DNA of 64,000 bases from Eledone cirrhosa (taxonomy: Eukaryota). The notes under the pieces are model-generated. The model did not search any database. It was not told the origin of the DNA and saw nothing but the letters and a program-made list of their open reading frames with translations. Numbering within the stretch: the first letter of the stretch is position 1; each line of letters starts with the position of its first letter. Made by a program: the position numbers and the translations under genes. The stretch lies in assembly GCA_964016885.1 (NCBI GenBank), contig OZ024742.1, positions 83,328,001 through 83,392,000 of the forward strand, written 5' to 3'. Positions 30,332 through 43,902 of the stretch are shown here, one piece after another.

Positions 30332-30515
30332 ATAAACGAAGCTAAATTTTAAACATTTGACTTTTTATTTAACTTTATTTTATATTACTCCGGAGTAACC
30401 AAATTAACCTGCGCACTTCGTCGAGTGCTCCATGCTGCATACTGAGGTGTTGATATACAACCAACATATACTCAAAATCTCTCTATATATATATATACAC
30501 ATATACACACATACG

Positions 30516-30549
<34 letters not shown>

Positions 30550-30594
30550 TACACACATACGTATATATAAATATATATATATATACTCACACAC

Positions 30595-30646
<52 letters not shown>

Positions 30647-30660
30647 GTATACACGCATAC

Positions 30661-30732
<72 letters not shown>

Positions 30733-31557
30733 TGGCTGCCAACTCGTTTTCGAGTACAGCCACTATTTTATATCCTTGTAGGAGAACCCCTACCGATGGG
30801 CTGAAAGAGTGCGACTTTTTAGTCCAGCCAGCGACTTGAAAGCTCTGGTACAAACACTACACTTGTGACAATTATTGACACATAGTGCTGGGCCCATGGT
30901 ACCATGTGACGACAAGTGCAGAGAGATCTCCATGTATAAAGCAATGCCTGTGCCGTGAAACTTTTATAGTGAGCAAAGGCACTTCACAAATCCAGTCCTA
31001 CTCTCTTAACCAAGATGATATTTACCAAAAAGAAGAACAAGTCAACATCATTGGATACCATCAGGGTTGCAGGTGTTGTATCTGAGTTTTCCTTCTCCTA
31101 GAATTCTGCCTTGACAAAGGCTAAGGGGTCATCTTTCCCGGTGATTTTGGATGGCCATTGACTCTTAAGAACTCCTTTGCCCTTTGACAGGTTTTGTTTT
31201 TAGTCCTGCAGGATGTCCAAAGTCAGCCTCCTCACCAAGAAACCTTAGTGGGGTTGCCAGTTTAGTCGCCAATGACCCGACCATGAGACAGGTTGTACTG
31301 GGATACATGTTATAAGTAGCACCAACTGGTGACCTGACATAATATATATATATATACATATATATATATACATACATATACATATATACATATACATATA
31401 TATACACATATACACACATATATACACACATATATACACACATATATATACACATACACGTACATATATATATACTTATATATGTATATTTATATACATA
31501 TACACACACATATATATATATATATACACACATATATATATATATATATTTATATAT

Positions 31558-31630
<73 letters not shown>

Positions 31631-31693
31631 CACATATATATATATACACATATACACACATATATACACACATACACACACATATATACATAC

Positions 31694-31724
<31 letters not shown>

Positions 31725-31889
31725 ATTAGTATATCTACCAACATATGTATACAGATGTATACCCATGCTAGCAAATATATATGTTATGTCTTAGTACCTT
31801 TGTGGTTCTATGCAGGGGGATGCAGAACAATTATATGAAAGATGTAAAATAAGAAAATTTTAAAAATTAACCTACATACTAAAATTTTC

Positions 31890-31971
31890 ACTCCAACTAA
31901 TTAGTTTCTGTAAGGGAATAAATATAGTTACGCAACACAACTATAGAGAAGTCCTTACGTCATCAGGGAGT
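31890..31971 (-). ncRNA. Type I hammerhead ribozyme (family B)
   Basis: actcc CTGATGA c-gtaagg...tatagtt/aactata...ccttac-a GAAA ctaattag TT ggagt. Confidence 0.9.
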
Positions 31972-32461
31972 CTATTCTCAGCTAGGTTCCCAGGCAATGC
32001 GCGGACACTAGGAACCCATATAAAAATAATAATTCAGTGGATGGAACAAAGCAAGTGGGGATTAGATTCCAGGGCACTGAAAAAATTCACTTCCTACTTG
32101 GTCAGTGGCAAATTCTAAAGAATCAGTCACGTGACACTGAGGTTAATCAGTGAGGAGTGGGGTGGTATTATGACAAGGGCCTAACTACTACCATGAACCA
32201 TAGCAGTAAATTTCGGCAAGTTTTGCTCAACAAATAATTTGTAGATAAATATAGAGAATTAGTATATCTACCAACATATGTATACAGGTGTATACCCATG
32301 CTAGCAAATATATATGTTATGTCTTAGTACCTTTGTGGTTCTATGCAGGGGGATGCAGAACAATTATATGAAAGACATAAAATAAGAAAATTTTAAAAAT
32401 TAACTTACTAAAATTTACTAAAATGTGTCCGCGCATTGCCTGGGAACCTAGCTGAGAATAG

Positions 32462-32543
32462 ACTCCCTGATGACGTAAGGACTTCTCTATACTTGAGTTG
32501 CGTAACTATATTTATTCCCTTACAGAAACTAATTAGTTTGAGT
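32462..32543 (+). ncRNA. Type I hammerhead ribozyme (family B, inverted copy)
   Basis: Same motif with one stem I mismatch (tgagt). Confidence 0.8.
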
Positions 32544-32591
32544 GAAAATTTTAGTAAGTAAGTTAATTTTTAAATTTTCTTATTTTACGTC

Positions 32592-32635
<44 letters not shown>

Positions 32636-32733
32636 GAATAATCGAGTATCGAAAAATCGGCGCACGAGTTCACGATAAACAAAATTCGACATGAGTGGCA
32701 TATTTATAGATAGATATATATATACATATATAT

Positions 32734-32786
<53 letters not shown>

Positions 32787-33135
32787 CAAACACACACACA
32801 TACATATACACATACACATATACATATACACACACACATAAAAATATACATACATATACATACATACATGTGTACATATATATATATACACATATATATA
32901 CCAAGACTGCTGCTATGGTAGCAGGCAGGCCGCTGTCTTATTAGCAAACCACTTTCCACTGATTGACCTCGATGTCACGTGATTGATTCTTTTTGAATTT
33001 GCCACAGACGCAGAGGCAGTGATTTTCTCAATGGCAAGGAATTCAGTCCACGCTTTGTTATTTCCTATCCACTGAATTATTTTTTAATAAGTTTCCAGAG
33101 TCCTCGCTTTGCCTGGTAACTTAGATGAGAATAGT

Positions 33136-33215
33136 CTTCCCTGACGACGGAATGTTTCCATATGTCTTCTTCGGAAAATATATTTACTCCATTCCAGAAA
33201 CTAATTAGTTGGAAG
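33136..33215 (+). ncRNA. Type I hammerhead ribozyme (family A)
   Basis: cttcc CTGACGA c-ggaatg...cattcc-a GAAA ctaattag TT ggaag. Confidence 0.9.
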
Positions 33216-33657
33216 TGATATTTTAGTAAGTAAGTTAATTTTATAATTTTCTTATTTTACGTCTCTCATATTATTGTTCTGCAACCCCATGCATTGAACC
33301 ACAATGTTACTAAGACAAAACCTATATATTTGCTAGCATTGATATGCATCTGTATGTATATATATGTTACTAGATATTAATTATTTATAATTATCTCCAA
33401 ATTATTTGTCGAGCAATATTGGCCATGACTGCTGCTATGGTAGTAGGCAGGCCGCTGTCTTATTAGCAAACCACTTTCCACTGATTGACCTCGATGTCAC
33501 GTGATTGATTCTTTTTGAATTTGCCACAGACGCAGAGGCAGTGATTTTCTCAATGGCTAGGAATTCAGTCCACGCTTTGCTATTTCCTATCCACTGAATT
33601 ATTTTTTAATAAGTTTCCAGAGTCCTCGCTTTGCCTGGTAACTTAGATGAGAATAGT

Positions 33658-33737
33658 CTTCCCTGACGACGGAATGTTTCCATATGTCTTCTTCGGAAAA
33701 TATATTTACTCCATTCCAGAAACTAATTAGTTGGAAG
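33658..33737 (+). ncRNA. Type I hammerhead ribozyme (family A)
   Basis: Same motif one monomer downstream. Confidence 0.9.
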
Positions 33738-34019
33738 TGATATTTTAGTAAGTAGGTTAATTTTATAATTTTCTTATTTTACGTCTCTCATATTATTGTT
33801 CTGCAACCCCATGCATTGAACCACAATGTTACTAAGACAAAACCTATATATTTGCTAGCATTGATATGCATCTGTATGTATATATATGTTACTAGATATT
33901 AATTCTTTATATATATATATTAGAAAATAGAATAGCTTTCACCATATTTTTGACTAAAGAAATTTTAGCCTGATAGTGGGCATTAGAACCCTCAGATAAA
34001 TGGAAAAAGATGAGTATTG

Positions 34020-34092
34020 ATGTACATGGAGGTCGAACCTACATCTTTGATTATCCAGCCCACTGTGCTACGATTACACCAACACATCACCC
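34020..34092 (-). other. tRNA-like (Pol III A/B box) sequence inside a fold-back island
   Basis: gatgtgt-tggtgtaatcgtagcac...gtaggttcgacctcc-atgtacatc: A-box, B-box and acceptor-like ends; the arms pair poorly. Confidence 0.5.
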
Positions 34093-34198
34093 ATCTCCTT
34101 CCATTCAAAGGGTAAAATTTATTTAGTCAAAAATACTGTGAAAGCTATTAAATTTTCTAAATTCAAACCTGCTCACTGTTTCAAAACATACTTTCTCG

Positions 34199-34283
<85 letters not shown>

Positions 34284-34286
34284 AAC

Positions 34287-34345
<59 letters not shown>

Positions 34346-34460
34346 TATATACACATATACACATACATACACACACACATACACACATATATAGGCTTCC
34401 AAACGACTTTAAAAAATAAATTTACCTTATTATTCCACAATGCTTCAAGCAAACTTCAAT

Positions 34461-34576
<116 letters not shown>

Positions 34577-34638
34577 GCATATATATATATATATATATGA
34601 GAGAATTGAAGTTTGCATATATATATATATATATATAG

Positions 34639-34669
<31 letters not shown>

Positions 34670-34720
34670 TACATATATATATATATACATATACATACAT
34701 ACACACATATTTACACACAC

Positions 34721-34757
<37 letters not shown>

Positions 34758-34809
34758 GATAGATATAGATAGGTAAATATACACGGGTGTGTATGATTGT
34801 GTATAGAAG

Positions 34810-35282
34810 ATTATATTAATAAGAGGAATTCCAACTTTGTCTGATTTACTCGTTTTATTTACAATCCTTTAAAATATATATAATGGTATTATAATGAAAT
34901 AGTATGATAGAATATTAAATTCTAAGTGTTAATTGAACAAGTACTTTCATGCTTTCGCAATCTTCAGGTTCATGATATGTGGTGACAGTCGAGTTTGCAA
35001 TTTTCAACTGTAATGAGATGGGTAAATTTCCTACCTTTTATACATTTTATACAGAGAAAAGTGGCTCCAGAATGCAAAGCCCTGTAAACTGTATTTCGAC
35101 CAATCAGTGTGTAGTTTCACTGAATTACTAAAGCTGATTGGTTTAAGCGTCACGGCTGGTTGAGCATGCTAACGGCCAATAGTCATATCCAACGTATCAA
35201 TTGTTTTGCTTTTTGAAATGATGAAAATAGCATTTTCTATTAATCATCACCATCAACATCACTTTTATTATTATTATTATGG

Positions 35283-35314
<32 letters not shown>

Positions 35315-36340
35315 AGTGGTCGTGGTCATAGTGGTAGTAGAAGTAATACCCCTAGGCGTTATTATTGTTCATTTAGCTTGGGTTTGAATTTATCAATAAA
35401 ATTCTTTTCTTTGCTTTTTCTCTTGATTTCACTTGGGCTGTGTAATTTGTATAATGGGAATATTATAAATATTCCCTGACCACATGTTGCCAAGTGGCCG
35501 CTTAGGGGTATCTGACGGACATTTGGGTCTCTGATTTGTTGACGGTGTACCCGTGCACGTTCCGATAGTGCATTTCCAGTTTCACCGACATATAGTTCTT
35601 CACAATTAGGGCATTTAATGCAGTAAATTAGATTTCTGCTTTTGCAGTTCATATTTGCATTTGGGAATATTTTTCCAGTTTTTGTTTTCATATATTGACC
35701 GGCGTGTATGGATTGACATGTGCCGCATCGATTATCATTGCATTTAGATACAGTGAGTGATTGGTCTTTGTTGTTAAGGTCAAACTTTGCTTTTGTTAGC
35801 AATTGCTTCAAATTTTTTGGCTGTCTTTTACTAAGAGTCAAAGATCGATCTGTGATTAAGCCTTTTAATTCGTTACTTTGAGCAATGATCGGTAGGTTTG
35901 CTTTGGCAGTGTTGAAGATATTCTGGTGACATGGGTTGTGTGTCATTATAAATGGTATGACCAGTTCTTGGTTTCTTCTTCCTTGGGTTGTTCTAAGTTG
36001 TTGTATAGGTATTTTTATAGCCCGCTGTATGCCATTTTCTATAAGTAGAGATGGGTATTTTTGTTTGAGCAAAAATTCTCTTAGTTCTGTTAGGCGTTTG
36101 TACCTGGTATTCGTATCTTCTACAATGGTACAAATTCTTCTGGCTAGGCAGTATGGGATGTTGCGTTTTGTATGAGGTGGATGGCACGACTTAAAATTCA
36201 GATATTGATGGGTGTCTGTGTGTTTATAATATATATCCGTGGTAATGGTGGTGTCGTTTTTGATTATCATTATATCTAGGAATGGTAATTTGGTCCTACT
36301 CATCTCTTTTGTGAATTGGAGAGATGGGTGTAGGTTATAT
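34810..36340 (-). mobile_element. 5'-truncated Penelope-like element: RT thumb, GIY-YIG endonuclease and 3' region
   Basis: Open frame 35362-36340: LPFLDIMI, DIYYKHTDTHQYLNFKSCHPPH, CNDNRCGTC, NLIYCIKCPNCEELYVGETG..RARVH, KFKPKLN. Confidence 0.93.
34934..34972 (-). ncRNA. Minimal type I hammerhead downstream of Penelope ORF
   Basis: tgaac CTGAAGA t-tgc-gaaa-gca-t GAAA gtac TT gttca. GNRA loop, palindrome AGTACT, same strand as ORF 35362-36381. Confidence 0.92.
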
Positions 36341-36867
36341 AATACTACTACACCAAACGACCAGCCCTGTCCATTGTTCAATTCGTCAAATATAGATTAA
36401 AATAGGCACTCCCAAAAATTCTTATTAAGATACAATAAGCCATATACTCATTGTATTCTCATTAAAAACCTTCTATATACTTGTTTACCACAAATTGAAT
36501 TGCCATCTGTCATATACTACCCCCACTCTTCTTCCTTTCTTACAACTATTATAAACTTTTCAATTTTTCTGATTTTTTCCAATGTATCCAATATCTCTGG
36601 AGAAGTGACAACTGATTATACATTTGCTATCGAATACTTGCTAACATTATATGATTACGCAAGCAGCGATACATAGGTATTCCGTCTGTTACAGAAACAT
36701 ATGTCAACACCTAATAAATTCCTTTATAAAAGCACTTTCATTTTATATTCATCTTTTCTACATTTTCTCCGGAATATAATTTATACTCGTTGAGCAAACC
36801 TACACGTGCGCTGTTCATCTCTAACGTGACAATATATTATCCCTACATTATTGATAACTTGAAATTT

Positions 36868-36907
<40 letters not shown>

Positions 36908-36977
36908 GAGATATCCACGGTATATTGTGGGGTCCACATACACACACACAAACATACATGTATACATATATACACAT

Positions 36978-37076
<99 letters not shown>

Positions 37077-37089
37077 CATATATACACAC

Positions 37090-37120
<31 letters not shown>

Positions 37121-37121
37121 C

Positions 37122-37152
<31 letters not shown>

Positions 37153-37184
37153 CACACACATATAAATATATATATATATATACA

Positions 37185-38135
37185 TATTTCGTTCGTTTCT
37201 GAATTAGCAAGATTCTTTATCTGAAAACGTGTGTTGAAACCGATATTGTTATACTTTGGGAGGGTCATGTGGCCAATAAGAAACACACGCACCAGTAGTT
37301 TTCACTTCAATTTATTATAATAAATTTATAAATTTAGGAAATTATAAATTTCCGGTTGGTTGGTTGGTTCCACAACCAGATGATTGTTCATATATTGTCA
37401 AAGTTCTTTCGTCACACATTCTGTGACCTCTCCAGTGACTGGGGATTCTTTTCTTTGTTTTTGTGCCTCTCCTTTGTTCTGTCCTATGCCATCTTGTTTT
37501 TGTGTGTGTCGTGTGCTTAGTTTGCGCATGTGTTACACCCGGGTGTCTGTGTGTGTTTATATTTGCTTATTTATTTGTTTATTTACATGTTACCGGTTGG
37601 TTGTTTGTTCTATGTGTGTGTGTGTTTTCATTTTGTCATTAATTGTAAGTTGTGATGTTGCTTTCCATTCATGTTTTCTATTTAATTTGGTTGGAGTTCA
37701 TTTATGTGTATTGCCTCTGTGATTTGTCTAAACATTGCATCTTTTCTGTGTGTAGATTCTATTTTTATTTCTATGTTCTCTAATTTACCCTTATGTTCTA
37801 TTTTAGCATGTTGGTAGAGTACAGATGATTCTTTACTATCTTGAAGCTCTCGCCAGTGTTCATTTGTCCGTTCCCCTATACTACAAGCTGTCTCACCTAT
37901 GTACACTATATTCTTATCTCTACATTGTCCTTCAGTACATCTTATGCTATATACTACATTTCTAGTTTTACAGTTAATATGGGGGCATAATTTACAGATT
38001 ATACATTTCTTATCTATACAAGGAGGTCTTTGAAAAGGGTACGTATTGCTAATAAGTGTTTTTATGGAGGTACCTGATCTTTCTACTATCTTAATATTGA
38101 CTTTATGTTTATCTAGGGCCCTTCTAAATGTGTAA
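37185..38135 (-). mobile_element. Penelope-like 3' fragment (GIY-YIG domain, different subfamily)
   Basis: CIDKKCIIC, NVVYSIRC..C..VYIGETACSIGERTNEH, RQITEAIHI at 37682-38130; bounded by (TA)n. Confidence 0.88.
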
Positions 38136-38262
38136 GCTATATATATATATATATACATATACATATACATATACATATATATATACATATACATATACAT
38201 ATACATATATATATATATATATATACATATACACATACACATACATATACATATATACACAT

Positions 38263-38331
<69 letters not shown>

Positions 38332-38553
38332 AACTTACACAAACATGCCCATATGCAGGTACATATGAACGCACGTACACACAGCGATATGCATACAAAC
38401 GAACGGTAACTCTAAATATAAATTAAAGTCTGAAAGAATTACCTTTTAATGAATTCCCTTTTCTTTCAACCAATGACCTCCACCCATCCCACTCGCCACC
38501 CTCTCCTACCACCTGAAAAGATATAAATACCACAACATTTATTTTGGAAAGCC

Positions 38554-38604
38554 AGATTCCTGATGATTTCTAAAGAATGAAACAGTTCTAGTCCTGTAGA
38601 ATCT
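38554..38604 (+). ncRNA. Type I hammerhead ribozyme
   Basis: agattc CTGATGA t-ttc-taaa-gaa-t GAAA cag-ttctagtc-ctg TA gaatct; GUA site. Confidence 0.88.
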
Positions 38605-38727
38605 CATCTATATTAAAACTGTTATACTCTGCTATGTATTGAGTACCTTACTTACTGTGGTTACCTCCGATTCAAGCCGGAATAACTTACCTTATATATA
38701 TATATAATTATTAAAATAACAGATTCA

Positions 38728-38778
38728 AGTTTAAGCAAAGAATCGCTACTTTCACCCTTAACGGGATCTTCTGAAACT
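38728..38778 (-). ncRNA. Decayed type I hammerhead
   Basis: agttt CAGAAGA t-ccc-gttaa-ggg-t GAAA gta-gcgattctt-tgc TT aaact; core U4>A. Truncated homolog at 4921-4972. Confidence 0.6.
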
Positions 38779-39423
38779 AAAAAAGTCAATCTGTGAACAC
38801 AGAAGTAAATATTTCAGAAAACGTTGCAACTGAAGGAAGACAGGAAGGCGATACTTTGGTTCGTGGAAACGTTCCCTGACAAAGAACGGAAAAAAACGAA
38901 GATAATACGTCATTATTTGGTGAAGTGAAAACAATTACACGCGAAGGCAAAACCACGTTTATGCTATAAATGAAGTCGTAGACTAATATTCTATTAGGTG
39001 GTTCATGGAGACGTTCTCTGGCAATGAACGGAAAAAACGAAGATAATACGTCATTATGTGGAGCAATATATATATATATATATATATATATCCTTAGGGC
39101 CAATTTGTTTGTATGTTGACCGCTAATAACACTAAATAAAATTGAGAATAATTAAGATTTTTCATGTTTTTAACTCATCTAACCTCCGGCAAATTCGCTG
39201 TCGACATATTTTCCGAAAGCGGAATAGGTGGGTGGGGGCGAGTTTGGCGTGAAATTACTGCTCTTTCTAGCACCCAGGTACTGTCTGTCCGACTATCATT
39301 ATATTTAAATACAGAGAGTGAAATACTACTCCAGCTCTCACTTAATCCGCCCCGCCTCTCTCTAACTAACTAAAACTTTTCTACGTATTTTTCCTTTATT
39401 GTAGGCTAGTCTAACATATGACT

Positions 39424-39488
<65 letters not shown>

Positions 39489-39561
39489 TCTCTCTCTCTC
39501 TATCTCTCTCTTTCTCCCACTATTTCTTTTTCTTTCTTTTGTATTTGTGTCTCTCTCTATA

Positions 39562-39647
<86 letters not shown>

Positions 39648-39732
39648 TAAAAGTAAACAGAAATAACAACACAAACGGTACAGTATATGGGAGGAATATA
39701 TTAGTTTAACGCTTGAAATAGCAGGAAGAGGG

Positions 39733-39768
39733 TCTTAACGTTTCGGACGCTAGTCCTTCATCAGAAGA
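39733..39768 (-). ncRNA. Minimal type I hammerhead
   Basis: tctt CTGATGA a-ggac-tagc-gtcc GAAA cg TT aaga. Decayed homolog at +51149..51184, in a repeat shared by 39650-39830 and 51080-51270. Confidence 0.85.
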
Positions 39769-40094
39769 AAGAATGAGAAATTAGACAGATTGAAGGGATG
39801 GGCAGGGCAGAATCGGGAAAAAAACTTTTTAGAGAAAAAACAGGTACATTCTTGTTGCCATCTCCTGGAAAACTGTTGATACAGGCGTTTTATGTATAAT
39901 GGGGATCGTGCAGATATTTTTACCTAGGGTTTTTCATGTGTTTTCAACTAATCTTTTCCGAAAATTGAATGATTGGGCAACGGGGGAACCCTCGGATTAT
40001 CCCAGCCTCAAAGAATTCTTCAGTGCGAATAGAGGAGACGGGAAGGGAGGTAACTAGTCATATAAGTCTATCTACAAAGTTGTCGACGATGACG

Positions 40095-40365
40095 TGCTGT
40101 ACATTGAAGAAGGGTATCTTCACTATATTTCTCAGAAACCTCGATCAGCCAAGATTGTGCAATAGAACGCGTATGGTTGTGATTGAACTGCATCGTCACA
40201 TTATCCAAGCCAAGGTTCTCACTAGATATGGTAAGGGAGACATTGCATTTATACCTATTATTCCGCTAATACCAACAAGTGTCCCCTTTCGTTTTAAATT
40301 ATTATAATTCACAGTGAGAGTCAGTTACGCAATGACCATCAACAAATCCCGACACCAAACCCTGC
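40095..40365 (+). pseudogene. Helitron PIF1-like helicase C-terminal fragment
   Basis: LKKG..IFLRNLDQPRLCNRTRMVV..IIQAKVLT..FIPIIPLIP..PFRFKLL*FTVRVSYAMTINKS. Confidence 0.88.
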
Positions 40366-43003
40366 ATGCATACATATGATCACAGATCTAAAGAAAACAT
40401 TTTTTTGTTAATCATAGTGAGATACTTGTATGTTTATTATACATAAACATATCATATATACCTTTATATTCACTTCTATGATGAATAATGCTATGTTAGT
40501 GCAACTCCCAAGTATCTCCCTTGTACCAGTCAAGTTCGCTCTATATGCAAATGAGCATCCCCTGTCAATATTTCATATTCAAAAACTATATGCTTATGTC
40601 AACATTGTAACTACAATCGAACATTCCTGACAATGTCTCTCTACAATGTACGATTTTGTATTGCTCCTGGCAACTGCGTATTACTGAGGTTTGTATCGTC
40701 TGAGAATGGATCGGTGAATATTCGAGCAGTTTTTTCGCTACTGCGTCTTCCGGGTGTTGATCCCCACAATAATAGCTTGTGCATAACTCCCTTGCTTGCT
40801 TCTTCAGTAATGTGTTGCAAATCGTTACCGTCTTTAATAAATTGTAGTTGTTATCTTTGGCAAGTTTCCGTAGGAACTTTCGTTTGTAATACAGACGCCA
40901 GGTTATATTTTGTACAACCCTGAGCATTTTAGTTTATGCACTGTGTCTAGTTTCTTCTTAAGTGCTTGTGTCAGGAACCATACCTCAACACTGACTCAAC
41001 AGATGTTCTGAAGAACAACTTGACTTTTTTGGTTAGATCTGACTTCCTTTCCAATTTCTTCTTGGCAACACAGACTTGGAAAATTCTAATGTCGATGTCC
41101 ATTTTTTATGAATTCATCCACCGTTAACACGATTTAGTATTCGGTCATTCAGTGTGATAAGATTTCCATCTTCTTGGTTTAGTGACATCTTTGTTTAGTA
41201 ATCATATATTAATAAATAATTAATGGAAAATAGTGCAATAAACTGTGAAGCTTATAGCATTCTTATCATTAGATTTAGATCATCGTCCTATCACAGCAAG
41301 GCTCAGATTATCACTAATATGTAACAAAACTAATAAGACAAAGAGACTTCCCTTTGAGTAGTCTGCATCAAACACAAATGAAAACATTAGAGCAAAATTA
41401 TACAGCAAAATTACACAGTTGAAATTAGTAATCGATGCCATGCTCTTCAAGACAAATCTCAAGACAACTCTGCCAACACAATGTATGAACACATAATTGA
41501 AGTATATAAAAAGGTTGCAGAACTGCACATAACTTTGAAACCGCGCGCATCAGATACGAAGGTAACATGGTAAAACCAAGAAGTACTAAGGAAAGGAAAG
41601 AATTAAAATGTGTCTGTTCTAAATATAAGCTTCATCCGATTGAAAGAAATAAACAGCTTATAGTTGGAGCTAAATGGAATATGTATGATGCTTATATCAC
41701 GAAACAAAAACGCTACATTGGTGAAAAAGTAGAACTGCTGCATAATGCCCTCTCAAATTGAAAAGCTAAGCTTGCTTAGAGCGTTGTCAACGAAATAACT
41801 GGAAGACAGAAATCTAACACAGGTAAGATAAAAGCTGAAAGTATTGACAATTGATTCGCAGCTGCATTTGAGATGCACGCAGATTTGAAGGCCGAACCTT
41901 AGAGAAAAACCAAGGTGTTGGCAGACTCTATCTAACTGAGTAACAGTTAACAGCAAGTGTATGTCCATAACCTTATATACTAATTCATAGCTTTAATCTC
42001 ATAAATCGTCTTTAAATCTCTTATACCCTAGAAGTGTTAATTTTCCATGAATTATATTATAGATTTGAATATTTATTACTATGTTAATAACATAAAATAT
42101 TAGTTTATATATTTTTACTTACATATATTTTCTTCCTTCATATGCTTTTATTGCTTTGGGGGATTTATAATAGCTTTTTTAATATAATCGTACACAGACT
42201 AATTTTGATCAATATTATGTTATTCTGAGCAATAATTCACCTTTACTATATTGTACATGTTATAGTTGTTTTCCTCTCTATTAATCCCTTGGGTGTTATA
42301 GTTTAATGTCTACTTCGATCCAAACCTATTTCCTGCTGAATATTATGTGTTCGTAATTATCCCCGTATTTTTATGATCATTACCAATTTTGTAGTTCAAA
42401 TTTTACTTGCTAGAAGCATTCCACAAATACTTAAGAAATAGGTTTGCTTGTTTATTTTTAACATTTGGATTTAACATATTTTCCTTTTTCACATTGTATT
42501 ACCTGTAGCATAAATAAGTTGTTCAACCTCTTCTCATAAATATTAATTCTAGGTTGAATTTATTTTACTTTTGCAATTTTCTCAGTATATATTTCTTTTA
42601 TTTAATATTCAATTAATGTATTCATTTATTGATTTCATTCGTATATACAGACTAAAAGTACAGTATAGACGGGAACAGGCGAGGTTCTCCGGTCACCCCT
42701 GAAATATGCCTGTCAACTTCTTAAGAATACGTGTATCTGTAGAATGCTCAGTCATCAGCATGCTATTTTCCTGTGCGTATGTTTGTGTGTAGGTGTCCGT
42801 ATTTGTATGCGTGTGTATTTGTTTAAGTGTCTTTATTCGTACAAGCGTCTGCGTATTGCATTGGAGTATAAAGAGAGGAACACAAACAGAGATACATGAT
42901 GAAGGAAAAAAAAACTTTTACATATATAATTCAAAGACAAATATACCCTTTTTTTTTTTCTTTGTCACCAATGCATTCAACAGCATAGTCGAAGCGCGAT
43001 AAA

Positions 43004-43222
43004 CCGACAATACATTATAATTATTTCTACTTTAGGCACAAGGCCAGCAATTAACCAGTGCATTACTGGTACTTTATTTTATCGACCCCGTAAGGAGGAA
43101 AGGCAAAGTCAACCTCGGCGGGATTTGAACTCAGATCATAAAGGGACGTAACTATGCTGGAAACCATGGCGTCCGAGCCTCTACCGATACTGCCAATCCA
43201 CCACCCGACAATACATTATAAT
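43004..43222 (-). mobile_element. Full-length tRNA-derived Meta-like SINE with 18-bp target-site duplication
   Basis: ccgacaatacattataat at 43004-43021 and 43205-43222 flanks the SINE body. Confidence 0.92.
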
Positions 43223-43696
43223 GCTTCGCAGCAGGGAACAGAATTTTATATTTAAAAGAAGAAAGAAAAATACGAGGCGATATGCGATTTGATAGCGCAT
43301 GTTTTTGAAAAATATTTCAGTGACATAGTTAATATAATGTTTCCAGAGCTAATTATTTTTTACATTTTCAGTAATGCTTGGAGTGATAATTCAGCAAAAG
43401 AACTAATTGTTTATACAAATAGACAAGATCGGTGCAATTCCTTTTATGGTGTCATATCTAAATATTATGCAAAGCTTTCTAATTACAACTTAATGAAATA
43501 CGTTTGTTTTTCATAGAACGAGTCGGGACTATACATATGGAGAGTTATCGTCGGTGACGATAGCAGGCTTCTGATGAAACACACACACACAAACATACCT
43601 ACAAAGACTTCTGTATCTTTTATTTATATTCTTGTTCATTCAGGTTTGAACAACATATCGAATGATTGCTGTATTTTTGATGTACGATATATATAT

Positions 43697-43902
<206 letters not shown>

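Larger units (their letters stand above)
31721..32597. mobile_element. Non-coding hammerhead retroelement family B (~533-nt monomer, sister of family A)
   Basis: -31721..32424 (gagaattagt at 31721 and 32254, period 533) followed by inverted +32425..32597; diverged but colinear with family A. Confidence 0.9.
32902..33907 (+). mobile_element. Family A tandem array (~1.9 x 522 nt) with two hammerheads
   Basis: CTGACGA cores at 33141 and 33663 (522 apart); near-identical units; ends at tagatattaattc before (TA)n. Confidence 0.92.

Noticed and set aside
34020-34092. Functional tRNA gene
   Set aside because: Anticodon and T arms do not pair properly; treated as tRNA-derived.
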